Shown here piece after piece: positions 59,430 to 62,268 of a DNA stretch of 62,268 nt. The stretch is taken from contig QPGO01000312.1 in assembly GCA_008632985.1 (NCBI GenBank), positions 1 through 62,268 on the forward strand, in the 5' to 3' direction. The notes beneath the pieces were generated by a model that was given only the letters and a program-made list of their open reading frames with translations, was not told the DNA's origin and searched no databases. Both the position numbers and the translations under genes were made by a program. Position 1 is the stretch's first letter; every line of letters starts with the position of its first letter. This stretch comes from Psammoneis japonica. Its lineage: Eukaryota.

Positions 59430-61782
59430 ATCGCAAAATCCCTGCCACCGCCTCGGCTTGGCTACAACCCCGATGACATGACACAGTGCAAGCTACCAAA
59501 TGGACGCAACAATCAATACACGAATATATCTAGTGTATAGTATATATACACATTCGTGTGGTGCTGCTGAGATAGTAGCTAGAAATCAGGGAACAAATCT
59601 ACGGATCTGGTTCCGTCCATTTTGTTCCCCAACACTGTGTGAACAGAGGGCTGGGTTGGGTGGGAATTTTCAGCATTGTCGGCCCATATCGGGTCGACGC
59701 AACTGATCCCATCGTCACCAGTAGTCCGCCAAACACAATGAGGGGAACTGGGGCGGCCTCTCATCATCATCCGTCTGTCTGTCTGTCTGCCTTCTACTGC
59801 GCGCTACTATCGCGCGGTGACTCCTCCAAGAGCTCAGCCGCCCACAAGGTATCCTCTCCTTGTGCTGGGCCTACCATCTTGGCTCCGAGAATCGCAGATT
59901 CCCTGCCACCGCCTCATCTTGGCTACAACCCCGATGACATGACACAGTGCAAGCTACCGAATGGACGCAACAATCAATACACGAATGTATCTAGTGTATA
60001 GCATGTGTATATTCGTGTGGTGCTGCTGAGACAGTAGCTAGAAAACAGGGAACAAATCTACGGATCTAGTTCCGTCAATTTTGTTCCCCAACACTGTGTG
60101 AACAGACCATATGGCTGTCGACGCATTGTATGAAGTGCAATGTACGCGCCCATGTCATCGGAGGCAACATAGCCAGCCGAAAAAAAGAAAAAAACGGGAT
60201 CAAAACCGATGAGCCGTCACCCTCATGTGGGTGGGCGGTCAAAATTTACATGGATGCAAGTTAGGAAACCATGCTGTATGGGATAAAATTATCCGAAAGA
60301 AATTGGCACAGTGAAAACCGATGTAAAGTTCAGCATCAGAAAAACAACACAATCAAAACCAGATTGGATTTATACAAGGATATACAAAGCAAGAAAGAAA
60401 ATATACCATGTACGGCAGATAAAATAAAATATTTCAAAAATTTGAAATTTTCAAATATTTACAAGATGTGAGGCATGGCCGCGGAGCGGTCAAGAGCTCT
60501 GCATTGGTGGTCAGCCAATAGAGTAGAGTTCCTAAGGTACACCATGAATGCCATGGACCTCCATCGCAGCAGCCATTGGATAGACTGCGCACTAAAGTTC
60601 ATCTGGTGGAGCATCATGCAGGCGCCAACACGGAGAGAGTGGGCCGACCAGCGTGAGAGCGCTTCTGCATCCTTGACGGGGTCAAGACGATAGACTTTTG
60701 AGGTGATTTCTCGCACATCAGTCTCGATTTCTGCAGAGGTGATCAGCTTCACCTTATTGCCTGTGCCCTTGTAAATGGACAGAGGAGTAGTGGTGTCATT
60801 TCTGCCACGGATACGGACAAACCGCTCAATGATACGGTACATGGGTTTAACCAAGAAGTCAAGCCCACCTTGTTGGAGGTTCAGATTGAAAATTTTCTCT
60901 TTGCCGTTGTCCTCGTTTTTCTGGGTTCGCCACATGACCCACATCTTGGAGATAGAAGAGACGGGTACTGACAAAATGTCAGCACCCTTGAGGCTTTGGT
61001 GGTTATTAGTTTCGATCCTGATGTCATTAAGACACCAAGCACCAGTGCCACCTAAGACATCAATCGCAGGGTGAGCCGGATCAGACCTGCCCTTTGTCTG
61101 TGCCCACTCTTGGAGATGGGCACCACAGAATAGGCACACTTGGCACCAGTCAGCAATACAACAGAGCAGCCCGTCCGGATCAGCAGCGCGAACCGCATCA
61201 GCCCGTGCCTTGGCTTCATGGAGCATCTCGGCGCTAAAACCTTCGCGATGCTTGGGATCTTCATCATGTTGCTGGAGTTTCTTCTTGATGTCCTGGAACA
61301 ACTGACCCAGCTTAGTATCCGTTGGGTGGTCATACCGACAGTCACGGCAGCGTCCAAAGAAAAAATGCGACATCCTTTACATGAGCAAATATAGTGTCGT
61401 CTGTCGGCCTTAAGTTGCTCACAAAAAATAGAGTTACCCTCTGCAACATGCATGGCATACATAGCCAGTTGCAGTTGGCGATGACGCTCTGGGAGCTTTT
61501 CCATAAGCATCTCCGGATCACAAGCATCCCACTTCATATCCTTGGCGAATTTGAAATAGTGGATGCATCTTGTACGAGCTGTCCTAAGCGCTGCAGGGTC
61601 TCGACAGGGACCGGCGGCAGTTCGGAGAACAGATGAGATTAGAGTAGTTGTAGCAGCTCTTGACTTGGGAGGAAAAAGGTCCAAGTCCTCAGAAAAGGAT
61701 ACTTCTGATACAGCTGAGCAACACGAACAGAATGAGGTAGGTGAGGGTCAGACGGTTACGGACTAGCGGTATCGGGACAATC
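59427..61782 (-). mobile_element. 3' part of a tyrosine-recombinase retrotransposon (DIRS order, Ngaro/PAT-like split direct repeats)
   Basis: Direct repeats 59427-59647 and 59888-60106 downstream of a YR ORF. QKYPFLRTWTFFLPSQELL upstream resembles the end of the RT/RNase H ORF. Confidence 0.8.
60459..61684 (-). pseudogene. Tyrosine recombinase (frameshifted near 61370)
   Basis: HSLRVGA (HxxR), LRWRSMAFMVYLR (W and catalytic Y); first Arg position reads His in FCGAHLQEW. Confidence 0.9.
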
Positions 61783-62268
61783 TAACAGATATCTAGGACA
61801 GATGATAATCGTGTACTAGATGAGAAAGTGAGCAAAGGAGAGATCATCGGATCTCTCCATGCTGTCTATGCTAGTCTGTCTGACAGAAGGGAGTGTACTC
61901 CCCGTCTCGGATGTCTGTCACCCTCCCCTGATGAGCAATGCAATGCTCAACAAGAAAGAAAGAGACGATCCGAATAAAAAGAGAGGACCAGAATAGCAAA
62001 GAACAAAACAAATAAAACAGAGACACACCCAAGACTCAATCCACAACAAACCCGATAACAATCAAAGGTAGTGTCCCATCAAGCGGCGGGCATGGCGGGA
62101 ATGGAGCATCCAACCCACGGCCTTGGTCAGCACATCAGCAGGGTTAATGACACCCGGGACATGTCGAGTGACAATCTTGCCTGCGTCACGCCAGTCTTGG
62201 ATAGCAAAATGTTGAATGTCAATGTGACGAGATCGCTCCATAGGCACCTTGTCATTGATCATCTGGAT
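61783..62268 (-). mobile_element. 3' end of another Copia element (RNase H end, PPT, ~138-bp LTR 61783-61920) inserted in the YR element
   Basis: RSRHIDIQHFAIQDW..INPADVLTKAVGW. PPT CAGGGGAGGG. LTR TGACAGACATC...GATATCTGTTA. Confidence 0.87.

Noticed and set aside
60459..62268. Apparent novel Copia element encoding a tyrosine recombinase after RNase H
   Set aside because: A PPT (61921-61930) and an LTR with inverted termini (61783-61920) lie between them, and the YR element's own upstream ORF resumes after the LTR. This is a nested insertion.

Overview
Eukaryotic, probably diatom (stramenopile) DNA; this is inferred from the CoDi-like Copia, Ambal-like LINE, CRE-like and Plavaka-like elements. 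The window is a nested transposon graveyard with one intact host gene, an intronless WNK-family kinase (15982-18912). Resolved elements: several Ty1/Copia LTR retrotransposons (one full length, 46193-53697, 278-bp LTRs, TSD CAACC), Gypsy fragments, CRE-like non-LTR fragments, three 5'-truncated Ambal-like LINE copies, an 8.3-kb Plavaka/CMC-like DNA transposon (26-bp TIRs, 2-bp TSD), a small TIR family with 4-bp TSDs, a TRIM-like element and a tyrosine-recombinase retroelement with split direct repeats. Three observations stand out. (1) Old repeats show TpA->TpG/CpA hypermutation (Tyr->Cys/His) on top of CpG decay, and the host gene does not. (2) A ~1.1-kb non-autonomous retroelement family carries its own ~300-370-codon ORF fused to the LINE 3' tail. 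(3) The main Copia family has a primer-binding site complementary to a tRNA-Asn anticodon arm. All alignments and counts were done by eye; no database searches were run.
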